Program-made: the position numbers and the translations under genes
The notes under the pieces: model-generated
What the model was told of the DNA's origin: nothing
Databases searched by the model: none
The model's input: the letters and a program-made list of their open reading frames with translations, nothing else
Part shown: piece by piece, positions 1 to 9,089 of the stretch
How the letters are laid out: the number at the start of each line of letters is the position of its first letter
Position numbering within the stretch: the stretch's first letter is position 1
Assembly: GCA_026004495.1 (NCBI GenBank)
Contig: BPJG01000001.1
Span: 560,527-624,526, forward strand
Direction of reading: 5' to 3'
DNA length: 64,000 nucleotides
DNA from: Candidatus Parcubacteria bacterium
GTDB lineage: Bacteria; Patescibacteriota; Minisyncoccia; UBA6257; HR35

Positions 1-474
1 TGGTATATTATTTTTATTCTTTTGTTAATTTTTTTAGCATTTTTAACTAAAAGAATTTTATTTTCTGAAAAATATGTTGGAGTTTATTTTTTAAATGGTG
101 AACTTTATATTGGCAAGATATCATACTTACCTAAATTGAAATTAATTGATCCTTATCTTCTTAGATTTGACCAACAAACAAACAATACCATTTTAATACC
201 TCTTGTTCAACTTCCCTGGGGTCCTCAAAATCAACTTTATTTAAATAAATCTCAAATTTTATGGATTGCACCTCTCAATGAAAATAGCCAGATATTTAGT
301 CTATTAAAAGATAGAAACAGAATGAATAATCAACAATCTATTTCTTTTCCCCGAATACAATCTCAACAATTTCAACCATCTCAGAATAAAGTAAAAGATA
401 ACCAGTCACAAAACACAGATAATGAATTTATCCAAGATAATCCACCAGGAATAGAAGAATCAACTAATCAATAA
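1..474 (+). CDS. hypothetical protein, 5'-truncated by the window edge. The frame is open from position 1; the track's TTG start at 22 is probably internal.
   Basis: Continuous open frame from nt 1 in the same frame as the track ORF. Hydrophobic N-terminal segment and a Q/N-rich C-terminus. No recognisable family. Confidence 0.4.
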   Translation, partial: WYIIFILLLIFLAFLTKRILFSEKYVGVYFLNGELYIGKISYLPKLKLIDPYLLRFDQQTNNTILIPLVQLPWGPQNQLYLNKSQILWIAPLNENSQIFSLLKDRNRMNNQQSISFPRIQSQQFQPSQNKVKDNQSQNTDNEFIQDNPPGIEESTNQ

Positions 475-491
475 AATAAATAATTTAAATA

Positions 492-653
492 ATGGCAGTT
501 AAAACAAGAAACCTAATTAGATTAAAATGTTCGGAATGTAATAGGGCGAATTATTACTATTGGAAGAAAAAAGGAAGTGAAAAGAAATTGGAGCTAAAAA
601 AATTCTGTAAATGGTGTCGTAAGCATACTAAACATAAAGAAAGCAGAAAATAA
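492..653 (+). CDS. rpmG: 50S ribosomal protein L33 (zinc-ribbon C+ form)
   Basis: 53-aa ORF MAVKTRNLIRLKCSECNRANYYYWKKKGSEKKLELKKFCKWCRKHTKHKESRK. It has CxxC...CxxC spacing and the length and basic character typical of L33. It is missing from the ORF track because it is under 60 aa. Confidence 0.8.
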   Translation: MAVKTRNLIRLKCSECNRANYYYWKKKGSEKKLELKKFCKWCRKHTKHKESRK

Positions 654-720
654 ACCTAAATAAAATAATTTATATTTGACATATTTTAAATTATTTGTAT
701 TTGATAAAATTTGAATAATA

Positions 721-1812
721 ATGATAATAGAAAGATTTAGACAAGAAAAAGAAAGACAACAAAGAGAAGTATATAAACAAAGTCCCGAAGGAGCTTCACC
801 TACCTTTAAAGAGATTTTAGATCATCCTGTTTATTCTGATATGTTGAATGCCTTATTAGAGAATGATGGCCAAAATTATCTTAGAGAAAAATTAGTAAAA
901 AGAGAAGAACTAACCCAAGATGATTTTGAAAAATTATATCAATATAGAATAAAAATAAAAGAAGCCTTAGATAGGTCTAAAGAAGTTTTAGATATTCTAA
1001 ATAGTCCAGAAAGAATTGAGTTAATGGCATCTTGTTCACCAGAATTTGCAAAAATAGTTGGTGTATTAGGCGCAGAAGAAACCTTAGATTTACTTAAAAG
1101 ATATATGGCTTTAATTTATGTTAAAAATCCAGAAAGCTTTAATGATTTAAGTTCAAAAATTGAAACTATAACCCAGGCAGAGCAACAACTTCAAAGCTTA
1201 GAACAACAAATAAGAGATTTTGCAGAAGCCCATAAGATACCTTCAAATATAATAGAGAGATTTTATCAATTATCTGCTCAAAATAGAACTGTCGCTGAGC
1301 AATCTTTGATAACTGATATAAGAAAAAATCTTTCTTTTATTGGTAAAATAAGAGATTTTATAAATCGAGGAGAATTTTCTTATGAATATTTTAAATCATT
1401 AAATAAGATTGATGAAATAGAAGAACAACTTAATACTATAAATCAAAACTTAGGAGAGATAGGAAATATGATAGCAGAAGCTATTGAATCTAGCGGAACA
1501 GATTTATTATCAAAATATTTATATGGCAGAAGAATAGAAATACCTTCATTTTCATTTAAAAATGCAGGTGAATTAATAGAGATATATGGAAGTGATGAAG
1601 AATTAGAAAGAGAATGGCAGGAATACTTAGAAGACCAAGAAGTAACAGATTGGGAACAAATAGATGATGAGGAGAGAGCTACTATAAAAAATGGATTTAA
1701 AAAACATTTATCTCGAAAAAACCAAGAAAAGTTTGGAAAATTGTTCGATTGGTTTTTCGGAAATAATGGTCCCTTAGGTCGATTTGTGAATAGTTTTTTG
1801 AATAGTAAATAA
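721..1812 (+). CDS. hypothetical acidic coiled-coil protein
   Basis: 363-aa ORF with an ATG start. It is rich in E/K/Q heptad-like stretches, has no TM segment and no recognisable catalytic motifs. Confidence 0.5.
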   Translation: MIIERFRQEKERQQREVYKQSPEGASPTFKEILDHPVYSDMLNALLENDGQNYLREKLVKREELTQDDFEKLYQYRIKIKEALDRSKEVLDILNSPERIELMASCSPEFAKIVGVLGAEETLDLLKRYMALIYVKNPESFNDLSSKIETITQAEQQLQSLEQQIRDFAEAHKIPSNIIERFYQLSAQNRTVAEQSLITDIRKNLSFIGKIRDFINRGEFSYEYFKSLNKIDEIEEQLNTINQNLGEIGNMIAEAIESSGTDLLSKYLYGRRIEIPSFSFKNAGELIEIYGSDEELEREWQEYLEDQEVTDWEQIDDEERATIKNGFKKHLSRKNQEKFGKLFDWFFGNNGPLGRFVNSFLNSK

Positions 1813-1817
1813 TTAAA

Positions 1818-2111
1818 ATGGAACAGGAAATAGTTGAAAATTTAACAAAAGTTTTAAGAGAAGGAACAGAAGAAGAAATAAGAAATTTTTTAGTTGAAAA
1901 TTTTGACAAATTCCCAGAAGATTTAAAAACAATAATAGTAGGTACATTTTTTGAAGAAAGTTTAGAAAGATTAGAAGCATTGTCAAAAGGCACATCAGAG
2001 GCTTTAGAAGTTTTTAAGCTTTATAAAGAGCTAACAGAAATAAAAAATAGGTTAGAAAATAGACTAAAAGAACTAAAATTAAGACAAGAACTTTTAGGAG
2101 AAGAAGAATAA
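1818..2111 (+). CDS. hypothetical small acidic protein
   Basis: 97-aa ORF starting 5 nt after the previous stop. Glu-rich, predicted helical or coiled coil. Confidence 0.45.
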   Translation: MEQEIVENLTKVLREGTEEEIRNFLVENFDKFPEDLKTIIVGTFFEESLERLEALSKGTSEALEVFKLYKELTEIKNRLENRLKELKLRQELLGEEE

Positions 2112-2184
2112 AGCCAGAATAATCAATAGCTACTATTCTAAACTACTTCAAAAAATTTAAATTTTCCTATATTATTTAAACCTA

Positions 2185-2213
2185 TTGACAAATTGTCAAA
2201 TATATATTATAAT
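2185..2213 (+). promoter_or_regulatory. perfect consensus sigma70-type promoter (TTGACA, 17-nt spacer, TATAAT) with an overlapping 15-bp perfect palindrome TTGACAAATTGTCAA
   Basis: TTGACA at 2185-2190 and TATAAT at 2208-2213 with exactly 17 nt between them. The -35 hexamer forms a 6-3-6 inverted repeat with TGTCAA at 2194-2199. It lies 32 nt upstream of the ATG of the 2245 gene, which has an AGGAGG SD at 2231-2236. Confidence 0.55.
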
Positions 2214-2244
2214 TTAATTAGATCTCTATAAGGAGGTGACAGTA

Positions 2245-2853
2245 ATGAGGTGGCTTTTCTTATCTCTCTTTTTGCTGGGCATTCTATTGGTCCATCCCTC
2301 GCCCTCGCAGGAAGCGCAGGAAGTTATTTCATTCCGCGCTATCCTCGAGCGCGGAGGGGGAGATCCTGACTGGGATCAGCTTAAGATTCCAGCGAAGGAT
2401 CTCTCAAAACTTCGGGGACCTGCTGGCCCTCGAGGGCCGCAAGGCCCTCGTGGCCCCCAGGGGCCACCTGGTCGTCCAGCTGGTTCTCCTCAAGCCGTCG
2501 CAACCTCACCCTCGCCGACTGCCGTCAAGGCGGCGGCAGGGAAAGAGGAAAAAAACTCTGAGGAGGTGATCACTCACATGTTATTAGTTCTCACTTTAGT
2601 CTTGGCGCTGTTTGCGTTGTTTTTGGGCTTTGTTTTGGGTAAACACTCCCAACAACGACCCCAACCCCAGCCCCAACCCTACCCTCATCAACCTCAACGC
2701 CACCTTGAAACTTTCAGGGAAGTGGATAGGGATAGACTTCTGAGGATAAAGAGGGGCGAGGGGTGGTTAAGGGTAACGGTGGATGAAGCGAGGGGTGGAT
2801 GGGAGGGGGAAACATACCCGCCCGTTCACCATGACTCGCAACACCAGTCTTAG
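2245..2853 (+). CDS. GC-rich foreign-looking gene: signal/TM N-terminus, a collagen-like G-X-Y run (GPAGPRGPQGPRGPQGPPGRPAG), a central TM helix, and a Pro/Gln-rich (QPQPQPQPYPHQPQ) C-terminal region
   Basis: ATG at 2245 sits 8 nt after a perfect AGGAGG SD. The track's GTG at 2236 lies inside the SD and is less likely. Codon usage (CGC/GCC/CCC/GGG) and GC of about 55-60% contrast sharply with the AT-rich flanks. A GC hairpin terminator follows directly. Confidence 0.6.
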   Translation: MRWLFLSLFLLGILLVHPSPSQEAQEVISFRAILERGGGDPDWDQLKIPAKDLSKLRGPAGPRGPQGPRGPQGPPGRPAGSPQAVATSPSPTAVKAAAGKEEKNSEEVITHMLLVLTLVLALFALFLGFVLGKHSQQRPQPQPQPYPHQPQRHLETFREVDRDRLLRIKRGEGWLRVTVDEARGGWEGETYPPVHHDSQHQS

Positions 2854-2861
2854 GCTTTGCC

Positions 2862-2889
2862 CCGGCCCGCTTTTGGCGGGCCTTTTTTT
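2862..2889 (+). terminator. rho-independent terminator (GGCCCGC-loop-GCGGGCC followed by a T7 run)
   Basis: Perfect 7-bp GC stem at 2864-2870/2876-2882, then TTTTTTT, 9 nt after the stop codon of the GC-rich gene. Confidence 0.7.
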
Positions 2890-3152
2890 AATATTTAAAT
2901 TTTTTTGTTAATTATGATTTAGTTAACTTTTTAAATAAGTTAAAATTTTTTAAAATGAGAAGAATTAAAGGACCAAGAGGGCATCAAACTAATTCAAAAA
3001 AGACCTTAATTATAAAGAGAAATTTAAATATTTTTTAAAAAATTATTAAAAAATAATTAAATATTAAATAAATATTAATTGAACGAATTTGATTTTAGAT
3101 TTAATAAAATTTATAATAATAAATGAGTCGTAAGTAAAAAAAAGCTAAAATT

Positions 3153-4499
3153 ATGGCGAGAGAACCATCTCCAGAACAGCCATTAAGAGGACAAAGAGAG
3201 TCAACGCAAAGAAGACGACGAAGACAACAAAGAGGAGCTTCAGTAGAATCACAAATAGAACAAACACAAGTATCAGAAATAATAGAGAACTTAGAGGATA
3301 GAATATATAAAGAAAAAATAAAAGAAACTTTTGAAAGATATATTCAAAACTACCAAAATTATGTAAATTTATTAAATATTACTAGAGAATTATTTGAAAG
3401 AGAATGGGAAAGTGTGGTAGAAGAGTATTTTATAGAAGCAAAACAAAATGCCTTAGAAAGAGCAAGCGAATTAACAACAGGCGTAACTTCTGAAAGACGA
3501 ACTGCTGTATTTAGAGGAGTTTTGGAGGATGAAATTAGGCTTAAAGAAAAAGAATTAGAAAATGAATTTAGAATGATTTTAGGATTACACCTTCTTACTC
3601 TAAATCCTGGCAATCCAATTGTGATGGAATTTTTAAGAGAGAAATGTTCAATAGAAAATATTTTGAAGTTTATTGAGCCTATAAATCAACCACCTGGAAT
3701 AGGAAGCATATTTTATGCAGGAGAGCGAGAAATAGAATATAAACAGATAACTTTTAAAATTAATCCAGCTTGGGCTTCTTTTCTTGTAAATGTTCTTGTA
3801 GAAAAAAGTAAAACTAGAGAGGATATAGAAAAAATTGCTGAAAGGTTAAGAGAAGTTATTAGAAAGCACTTAGATTTTATCAGAGAAAATATTTCAAGAA
3901 ATGAATCATTCTTATTAGAAAGGATAAAAAGAAGATTAGCAAGAATAGCAGGAGATTTAAATTTAAAAACTCAAGAAGGACTTGAAATGTTATTAAAGAG
4001 AAGAAAAATTGCAAGAAAGATATTAGGATTAAAAGATGATGAATTGTTAACTGAAGAAAGATTGAGAAGGTTAACACAAAACCAATTAGATGAAATATCT
4101 ACAAAGGCTCAAGGTGAACAAATTAATTTTGAAGAAGAAAAGAAAAAAGCATTTGAAGAAGAAGTAAAGATATTAATGAGAGAATTAGAAGAATCCCTTA
4201 ATTTAAAACCAGAAGAATTAATGAAAAAAGACCCAGAAGAGTTAAAGCAGTTATTAGAGCAATTGAATCAAACCGCTCAAGTTTTAGGGGTCCCATTAGA
4301 AGAACTTAGAAAAGCTACCACTGAAGAAGAAAAGAAAAAAGCTAATGAGAAACTTCAAAAAGCTTTAGAAAGTGTAAAAGATATTGCTGGGATTTTAGGA
4401 GGTATGGCATTATCAGGATTTCTTTTGTGGTTTTCTTTAATTGGGTTTTTCTTTCCAGTTTGGGCTATTGAAAAAATGCAAAAAGAAATTAAGATTTAA
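3153..4499 (+). CDS. hypothetical tail-anchored coiled-coil protein (Arg-rich N-terminus, C-terminal TM helix)
   Basis: 448 aa. The N-terminus is RRRRRQQR, there are long E/K/L/R coiled-coil stretches, and the hydrophobic C-terminus is GMALSGFLLWFSLIGFFFPVWAI. No recognised family. Confidence 0.5.
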   Translation: MAREPSPEQPLRGQRESTQRRRRRQQRGASVESQIEQTQVSEIIENLEDRIYKEKIKETFERYIQNYQNYVNLLNITRELFEREWESVVEEYFIEAKQNALERASELTTGVTSERRTAVFRGVLEDEIRLKEKELENEFRMILGLHLLTLNPGNPIVMEFLREKCSIENILKFIEPINQPPGIGSIFYAGEREIEYKQITFKINPAWASFLVNVLVEKSKTREDIEKIAERLREVIRKHLDFIRENISRNESFLLERIKRRLARIAGDLNLKTQEGLEMLLKRRKIARKILGLKDDELLTEERLRRLTQNQLDEISTKAQGEQINFEEEKKKAFEEEVKILMRELEESLNLKPEELMKKDPEELKQLLEQLNQTAQVLGVPLEELRKATTEEEKKKANEKLQKALESVKDIAGILGGMALSGFLLWFSLIGFFFPVWAIEKMQKEIKI

Positions 4500-4512
4500 G
4501 ATCATCGTTATT

Positions 4513-4584
4513 GCCAGCGTAGCTCAGTGGTAGAGCAGGCGCCTTGTAAGCGTCAGGTCGTGGGTTCAAATCCCACCGCTGGCT
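4513..4584 (+). tRNA. tRNA-Thr (anticodon UGU)
   Basis: Cloverleaf with acceptor GCCAGCG/CGCUGGC, D-arm GCUCAGUGGUAGAGC, anticodon loop CUUGUAA and T-arm GUGGGUUCAAAUCCCAC. No encoded CCA. Confidence 0.85.
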
Positions 4585-4617
4585 AAATTATTTAAAAATA
4601 TATTTCTAAATCTATTA

Positions 4618-5679
4618 ATGAAAACTGGTATTGCTACTTTTTCTCTAGATACTGGAAAATGTCCTAAATGGCTATTTGAAAGAATGGAAAAACTTGCTGG
4701 AATTATAAGTGAAATTATTATTGAAGAATTTGGTGAAGAAGAATTTGTGAGAAGATTATCAGATCCTTATTGGTTTCAAGCTTTTGGTTGTGCTTTAGCT
4801 TTTGATTGGAATTCTTCGGGTTTAACTGTTACAACTACTGCAGCGTTAAAATCAGCTTTAAAAGAAAAAAAATTAGGAGTTTATATTTGTGGAGGGAAGG
4901 GAAAAACTTCAAGAAAAACTCCTGAAGAATTAGTCGACTTAGGAGAAAAATTAGGAATAGATCCTATTAAATATTTAAATTATTCTAAGCTTATTGCTAA
5001 AATAGATAATTCTTTAATTCAAGATGGTTTTAATATTTATCATCATATATTTATCTTAACTAAATCAGGAAATTTTGCTGTAATTCAGCAAGGAATGAAT
5101 ACTTGTTATTCATTAGCAAGAAGATATCATTGGTGGAGTGGGGCCATAAAAGAAGATATTACCCTAGAACCTCATACAGGAATTGTATCTCAAAAGATTA
5201 TTAAAAATGTTTTGAATCTTACAGCAAAAGAAAGTTTAGAAAATAAAAAATTAATAATTGATCTTATAAATTCACCCCAAGAATTAATAAAAGATTTGAA
5301 ATATTTAGAAAGACCTCAAAAAAGTTTATTTTTACCTAATATTGAATTTAAATATCACCCTGTTTTAAATGAAAGATTTGATATTAAAAGATTAAAAAAG
5401 ACAATAGAAAAAGCAAGTTTTTTGAAGCCTGAAAAAATAGAAGAGATTTTATTAATTGAAGGAGTTGGTCCGAAAACTATAAGAGCGTTATCGCTCGTTT
5501 CAGAATTAATTTATGGTGCTAAACCTTCTTTTGATGATCCAGCCAGATATAGTTTTGTTAGCGGAGGTAAAGATGGAACACCTTATCCAGTTGATCGCAT
5601 TGAATATAATAGATTAATTGAAATTTTAAATAAAGCAATTAAAATAAGTAAACAACAAAAAATTTTATTTAACAAATGA
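4618..5679 (+). CDS. DUF763-like protein with a C-terminal helix-hairpin-helix motif
   Basis: The N-terminal motif TGIATFSLDTGKCPKWLFERM resembles the conserved start of DUF763-family proteins (recalled from memory). The C-terminal GVGPKTIRALSLVSELIYG is HhH-like. The stop TGA overlaps the next ATG in an ATGA junction. Confidence 0.45.
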   Translation: MKTGIATFSLDTGKCPKWLFERMEKLAGIISEIIIEEFGEEEFVRRLSDPYWFQAFGCALAFDWNSSGLTVTTTAALKSALKEKKLGVYICGGKGKTSRKTPEELVDLGEKLGIDPIKYLNYSKLIAKIDNSLIQDGFNIYHHIFILTKSGNFAVIQQGMNTCYSLARRYHWWSGAIKEDITLEPHTGIVSQKIIKNVLNLTAKESLENKKLIIDLINSPQELIKDLKYLERPQKSLFLPNIEFKYHPVLNERFDIKRLKKTIEKASFLKPEKIEEILLIEGVGPKTIRALSLVSELIYGAKPSFDDPARYSFVSGGKDGTPYPVDRIEYNRLIEILNKAIKISKQQKILFNK

Positions 5680-6530
5680 AAGAAAATTTATTTTTAATAG
5701 TAAAAGATAGCCTTAAGGATTATTACTTTTTCGTTAAAAAAGCTATAATTGGTAATTTTGATAAAATTATTGAAGTTTTTATTTTCTATGTTATTCTTAC
5801 AATTTTATATTTTTTGCTTAAATTTTTAATCTTTAAATTAATAAGACTTTCTTTAATAATTAGGGCTCGTAAAGATGATTTAGATGAAAAAGAAAAAGAA
5901 AGAGTAGATACCTTGACATCTATTTTTAGATCTCTTTTAAAATTAATTTTTGCTTTTATCTTAATTTTATTTATTCTTAAAACATTTAATATCAAAATAA
6001 TTCCGATTATAACCGGGGCTGGTGTTTTAGGGGCAGCAGTTGTCTTTAGTTTTCAAAGCGTTATTCAGGATATATTTAAGGGTTGGTTAATAATATTTGA
6101 AGATCAAGCCAGAAAGGGTGAATGGGTAAATATTAATAATACTTTTATCGGTAAAATTATTGAATTTAATTTAAGATATATAGTTTTATTGGATAGGGAA
6201 AGAAATTATATTTTTTTGCATAATAATCAGATTAATTCGATAGTTAACTTAAGTCGCAGTGATAAAAAATTTTTTGTAGGCCTTAGATTTAATAAAGATA
6301 TTAATTTAGATAATAAAATTGAAGAAATAAATAAATTTATTGAAGATAATAAAAATAAATATAGAAGAATTTATGATTTTAAATTAGAAGAAAAATTTAA
6401 TATCAATTCAGATTATTATGAAATTTTTGTTTCTTTTAAAACTAAATTTTCTTTAGGAGAATATTATTTGGGTAAAATAAAATTTGATTTAATTAATAAA
6501 TTTAAAGACAATCTAAGAGAAGTTGTTTAA
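5676..6530 (+). CDS. mscS: small-conductance mechanosensitive channel (MscS family)
   Basis: N-terminal TM helices followed by a core with the MscS-like pattern: a Gly/Ala-rich pore helix GAGVLGAAVVFSFQSVIQDI and then a beta domain ending ...LRYIVLLDRERNYIFLHNNQI. Confidence 0.6.
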   Translation: MKENLFLIVKDSLKDYYFFVKKAIIGNFDKIIEVFIFYVILTILYFLLKFLIFKLIRLSLIIRARKDDLDEKEKERVDTLTSIFRSLLKLIFAFILILFILKTFNIKIIPIITGAGVLGAAVVFSFQSVIQDIFKGWLIIFEDQARKGEWVNINNTFIGKIIEFNLRYIVLLDRERNYIFLHNNQINSIVNLSRSDKKFFVGLRFNKDINLDNKIEEINKFIEDNKNKYRRIYDFKLEEKFNINSDYYEIFVSFKTKFSLGEYYLGKIKFDLINKFKDNLREVV

Positions 6531-6617
6531 AATATTAACATTCTTAAAGTAAATAAATTAATTATTTTAGATTATCATTATTTTTTATTTATTTTTAATT
6601 TATAATAATATCAACTA

Positions 6618-7217
6618 ATGGAAATTTTAATTTTAATAATTGGACTTTTAATTTCAGTAGTTTTTCATGAATTGGCTCATGGAATAACTGCTGATAAATT
6701 AGGGGATGATACACCTCGTTTAGCAGGTAGATTAACCCTTAATCCAATTAGTCATTTAGATCCAATTGGTTCTATTTTATTACCCTTCCTTTCTTATTCT
6801 TTGGGAGGTTTTATTTTTGGCTGGGCAAAACCTGTTCCAGTTAATCCTTTAAACTTAAAAAATCCTAAAAGAGATATGGCTCTTGTTGCGTTGATGGGAC
6901 CAATAACAAATATTGCCATTGCTTTATTTTTATTATTTTTATTGAAAATATCTTTGCTTATAAATTTTCCCGTTAATGAAATGATAATTTTATCTTTAGT
7001 TAGGTTAAATATTGTTTTAGCTATTTTTAATCTTTTGCCTATTCCTCCTCTTGATGGTTCTCGTTTATTTTTATCTTCATTACCGTTATCGGTTCAATTT
7101 TATTTAGAGCAAATAGGATTTTTTTTGATCATTATATTTATTTTTTTCGGTTTTAGTATTGTTATTAAGGTCGTTAATTATCTAATGAATTTACTTTTGC
7201 TTATTTTTGGAATTTAA
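6618..7217 (+). CDS. site-2 protease family membrane metalloprotease (peptidase M50-like)
   Basis: HELAHG (HExxH) motif in the first TM helix and a multi-TM polytopic protein of about 199 aa, typical of the small M50/SpoIVFB-like family. Confidence 0.6.
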   Translation: MEILILIIGLLISVVFHELAHGITADKLGDDTPRLAGRLTLNPISHLDPIGSILLPFLSYSLGGFIFGWAKPVPVNPLNLKNPKRDMALVALMGPITNIAIALFLLFLLKISLLINFPVNEMIILSLVRLNIVLAIFNLLPIPPLDGSRLFLSSLPLSVQFYLEQIGFFLIIIFIFFGFSIVIKVVNYLMNLLLLIFGI

Positions 7218-7230
7218 AAAATTTTTTAAT

Positions 7231-8568
7231 ATGAAAATTAAATTTTGTGGAGGAACCAATAGAGTAACTGGAGCTAATTATTTAATTGAAACAGATAAAC
7301 ATAAATTTTTAGTTGATTGTGGTTTGATTCAAGGTAAAAATGTTTGTGAATTAGAAAATTTCGAAAGTTTTCCTTATGAAGCGAAAGAGATTCAGTATGT
7401 TTTTATTACCCATTCTCATTTAGATCATATAGGTAGATTACCTAAGTTAATTAAAGAGGGATTTCCTGGCTATATTTATAGCACTCTACCTACTAAAGAT
7501 TTAGCCAAAGAAATTTTATTAGATTCTCAAAAGATTATTGAAGATCATTGCTTATTTTTCCAAAAAGAAAATTTTTATAATAAAGAAAATTTAGATAAAG
7601 TTTTTCAAAGATGGCTGACCCTTAATTATTATGAAAAATTAAATTTTGATGGTTTAGAAGTTATTTTTTTTGATGCGGGACATATTTTAGGTTCAAGTTT
7701 CATTCAATTTAAGTATTTAAATAAAACTATTGTTTTTTCTGGTGATTTAGGTAATATTGATCCACTTTTAAGACAGACTGATGAACTTCCGGAAACAGAT
7801 TATTTAATTTTAGAGTCAACTTATGGGGATCGTCTTCATGAAGATTTAATAAATAGAAAAGATATATTAGAAGATATTATTGAAGAAACAATAAAAAATA
7901 AACGAACACTTATTATTCCAGCCTTCGCTTTAGAAAGAAGCCAAGAAGTTTTATATGATTTAATTTCTTTGATTGAAGATAAAAAGGTGCCAGAAATTAA
8001 AATTTATTTAGATAGTCCTTTAGGTATTAGAATTTTGAGAATTTATGAAAAATATCCTGAGTTTTTAAATGAAACAGCCAAAAAATTTTTTATTACCCGT
8101 GATTATGAAAAATTAAATTATTTCAAAATAATAGAACAGGGAAGTATTAAACAATTGATTGAAGATAAATTACCAAAAATTATTATTTCTAGCTCAGGAA
8201 TGTTAAAAGGAGGAAAAATTATTGATATATTAAAATATTTTATAGATAAACCTGAAACAACTATTCTTTTTGTTGGTTTTCAAGTTGAAGGTTCGTTAGG
8301 GAAAAAAATTTTGGAAGGAGAAAAAGAAATAATTTTAGATGATAAAAAATATCAAATTAGAGCAAAAATCGAAAAAATAATGTCTTACTCAGGCCATAAA
8401 GATCAACAAGGAATTATTAAATGGGTTGAACCACAAAGAAAAAGAATATTGAAAACATTTTTAGTTCAGGGGGAGGAAAAAGCTAAAATTAACTTAAGAA
8501 TAAGATTGGAAGATTATCTAGGAATTAAAACCATTATACCCCAAAATAATGAAGAAATAGAATTATAG
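7231..8568 (+). CDS. MBL-fold beta-CASP ribonuclease (CPSF73/RNase J-like)
   Basis: N-terminal KFCGGTNRVTGANYLIETDKHKFLVDCGLIQG and the HSHLDHIG (HxHxDH) motif, with beta-CASP motifs downstream. ATG at 7231 is preferred over the track's upstream start at 7207, which overlaps the previous gene. Confidence 0.65.
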   Translation: MKIKFCGGTNRVTGANYLIETDKHKFLVDCGLIQGKNVCELENFESFPYEAKEIQYVFITHSHLDHIGRLPKLIKEGFPGYIYSTLPTKDLAKEILLDSQKIIEDHCLFFQKENFYNKENLDKVFQRWLTLNYYEKLNFDGLEVIFFDAGHILGSSFIQFKYLNKTIVFSGDLGNIDPLLRQTDELPETDYLILESTYGDRLHEDLINRKDILEDIIEETIKNKRTLIIPAFALERSQEVLYDLISLIEDKKVPEIKIYLDSPLGIRILRIYEKYPEFLNETAKKFFITRDYEKLNYFKIIEQGSIKQLIEDKLPKIIISSSGMLKGGKIIDILKYFIDKPETTILFVGFQVEGSLGKKILEGEKEIILDDKKYQIRAKIEKIMSYSGHKDQQGIIKWVEPQRKRILKTFLVQGEEKAKINLRIRLEDYLGIKTIIPQNNEEIEL

Positions 8569-8576
8569 ATTTAAAA

Positions 8577-9083
8577 ATGTTTATCAAGCCTAAAGAAATA
8601 ATTGAAATTTTAAAGAAAAACCTTTTTATTAAAAAATCAGATAGGGTTGCTGAATTTGGTTGTGGAGCTGGTTATTTTACTGTTCTCTTAGCCGAAAATG
8701 TAGCTGAAGTTTACGCTATTGATATATTAGAAGATAATTTAAATGAAGCAAAAGAATTGGTTGATATTTATAGTTATAAAAATGTTAATTTTATAAAGGC
8801 TGATGTTAAAAATTTAAATTATGAAGATAATTTTTTTGATGTAGTTTTTATCAGTCAAATTTTATTTCAAAATGAAGGTTATGATAGTATTTTAGATAGC
8901 GCTTTAAGAATTGTTAAAAATGGAGGTTTGATTATTATTTTAGAGCCTAATGAAAAATTATCCTTTATTAGTGGCCAGCCTATTAGTTATGAATTTATTC
9001 AAGTATATTTTAAAATTAAAAATAAGAAAATAATTTTCCAAAAATTTTTTGGTCCATATTATTTAATCGTAGTTGAAAAGTAA
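8577..9083 (+). CDS. class I SAM-dependent methyltransferase
   Basis: Motif I VAEFGCGAGYFT, an acidic residue at the end of strand 2 (AIDILED), and a size of about 168 aa. Confidence 0.6.
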   Translation: MFIKPKEIIEILKKNLFIKKSDRVAEFGCGAGYFTVLLAENVAEVYAIDILEDNLNEAKELVDIYSYKNVNFIKADVKNLNYEDNFFDVVFISQILFQNEGYDSILDSALRIVKNGGLIIILEPNEKLSFISGQPISYEFIQVYFKIKNKKIIFQKFFGPYYLIVVEK

Positions 9084-9089
9084 GAAGTT

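Noticed and set aside
1697-1995. Minus-strand ORFs 1697-1993 and 1813-1995 from the track
   Set aside because: They lie antisense to, or overlap, the well-supported plus-strand ORFs 721-1812 and 1818-2111. They are low-complexity Leu/Phe/Lys translations typical of AT-rich antisense frames.
3359-4077. Minus-strand ORFs 3359-3613 and 3880-4077
   Set aside because: Both fall entirely inside the 3153-4499 plus-strand gene and have antisense-frame composition artefacts.
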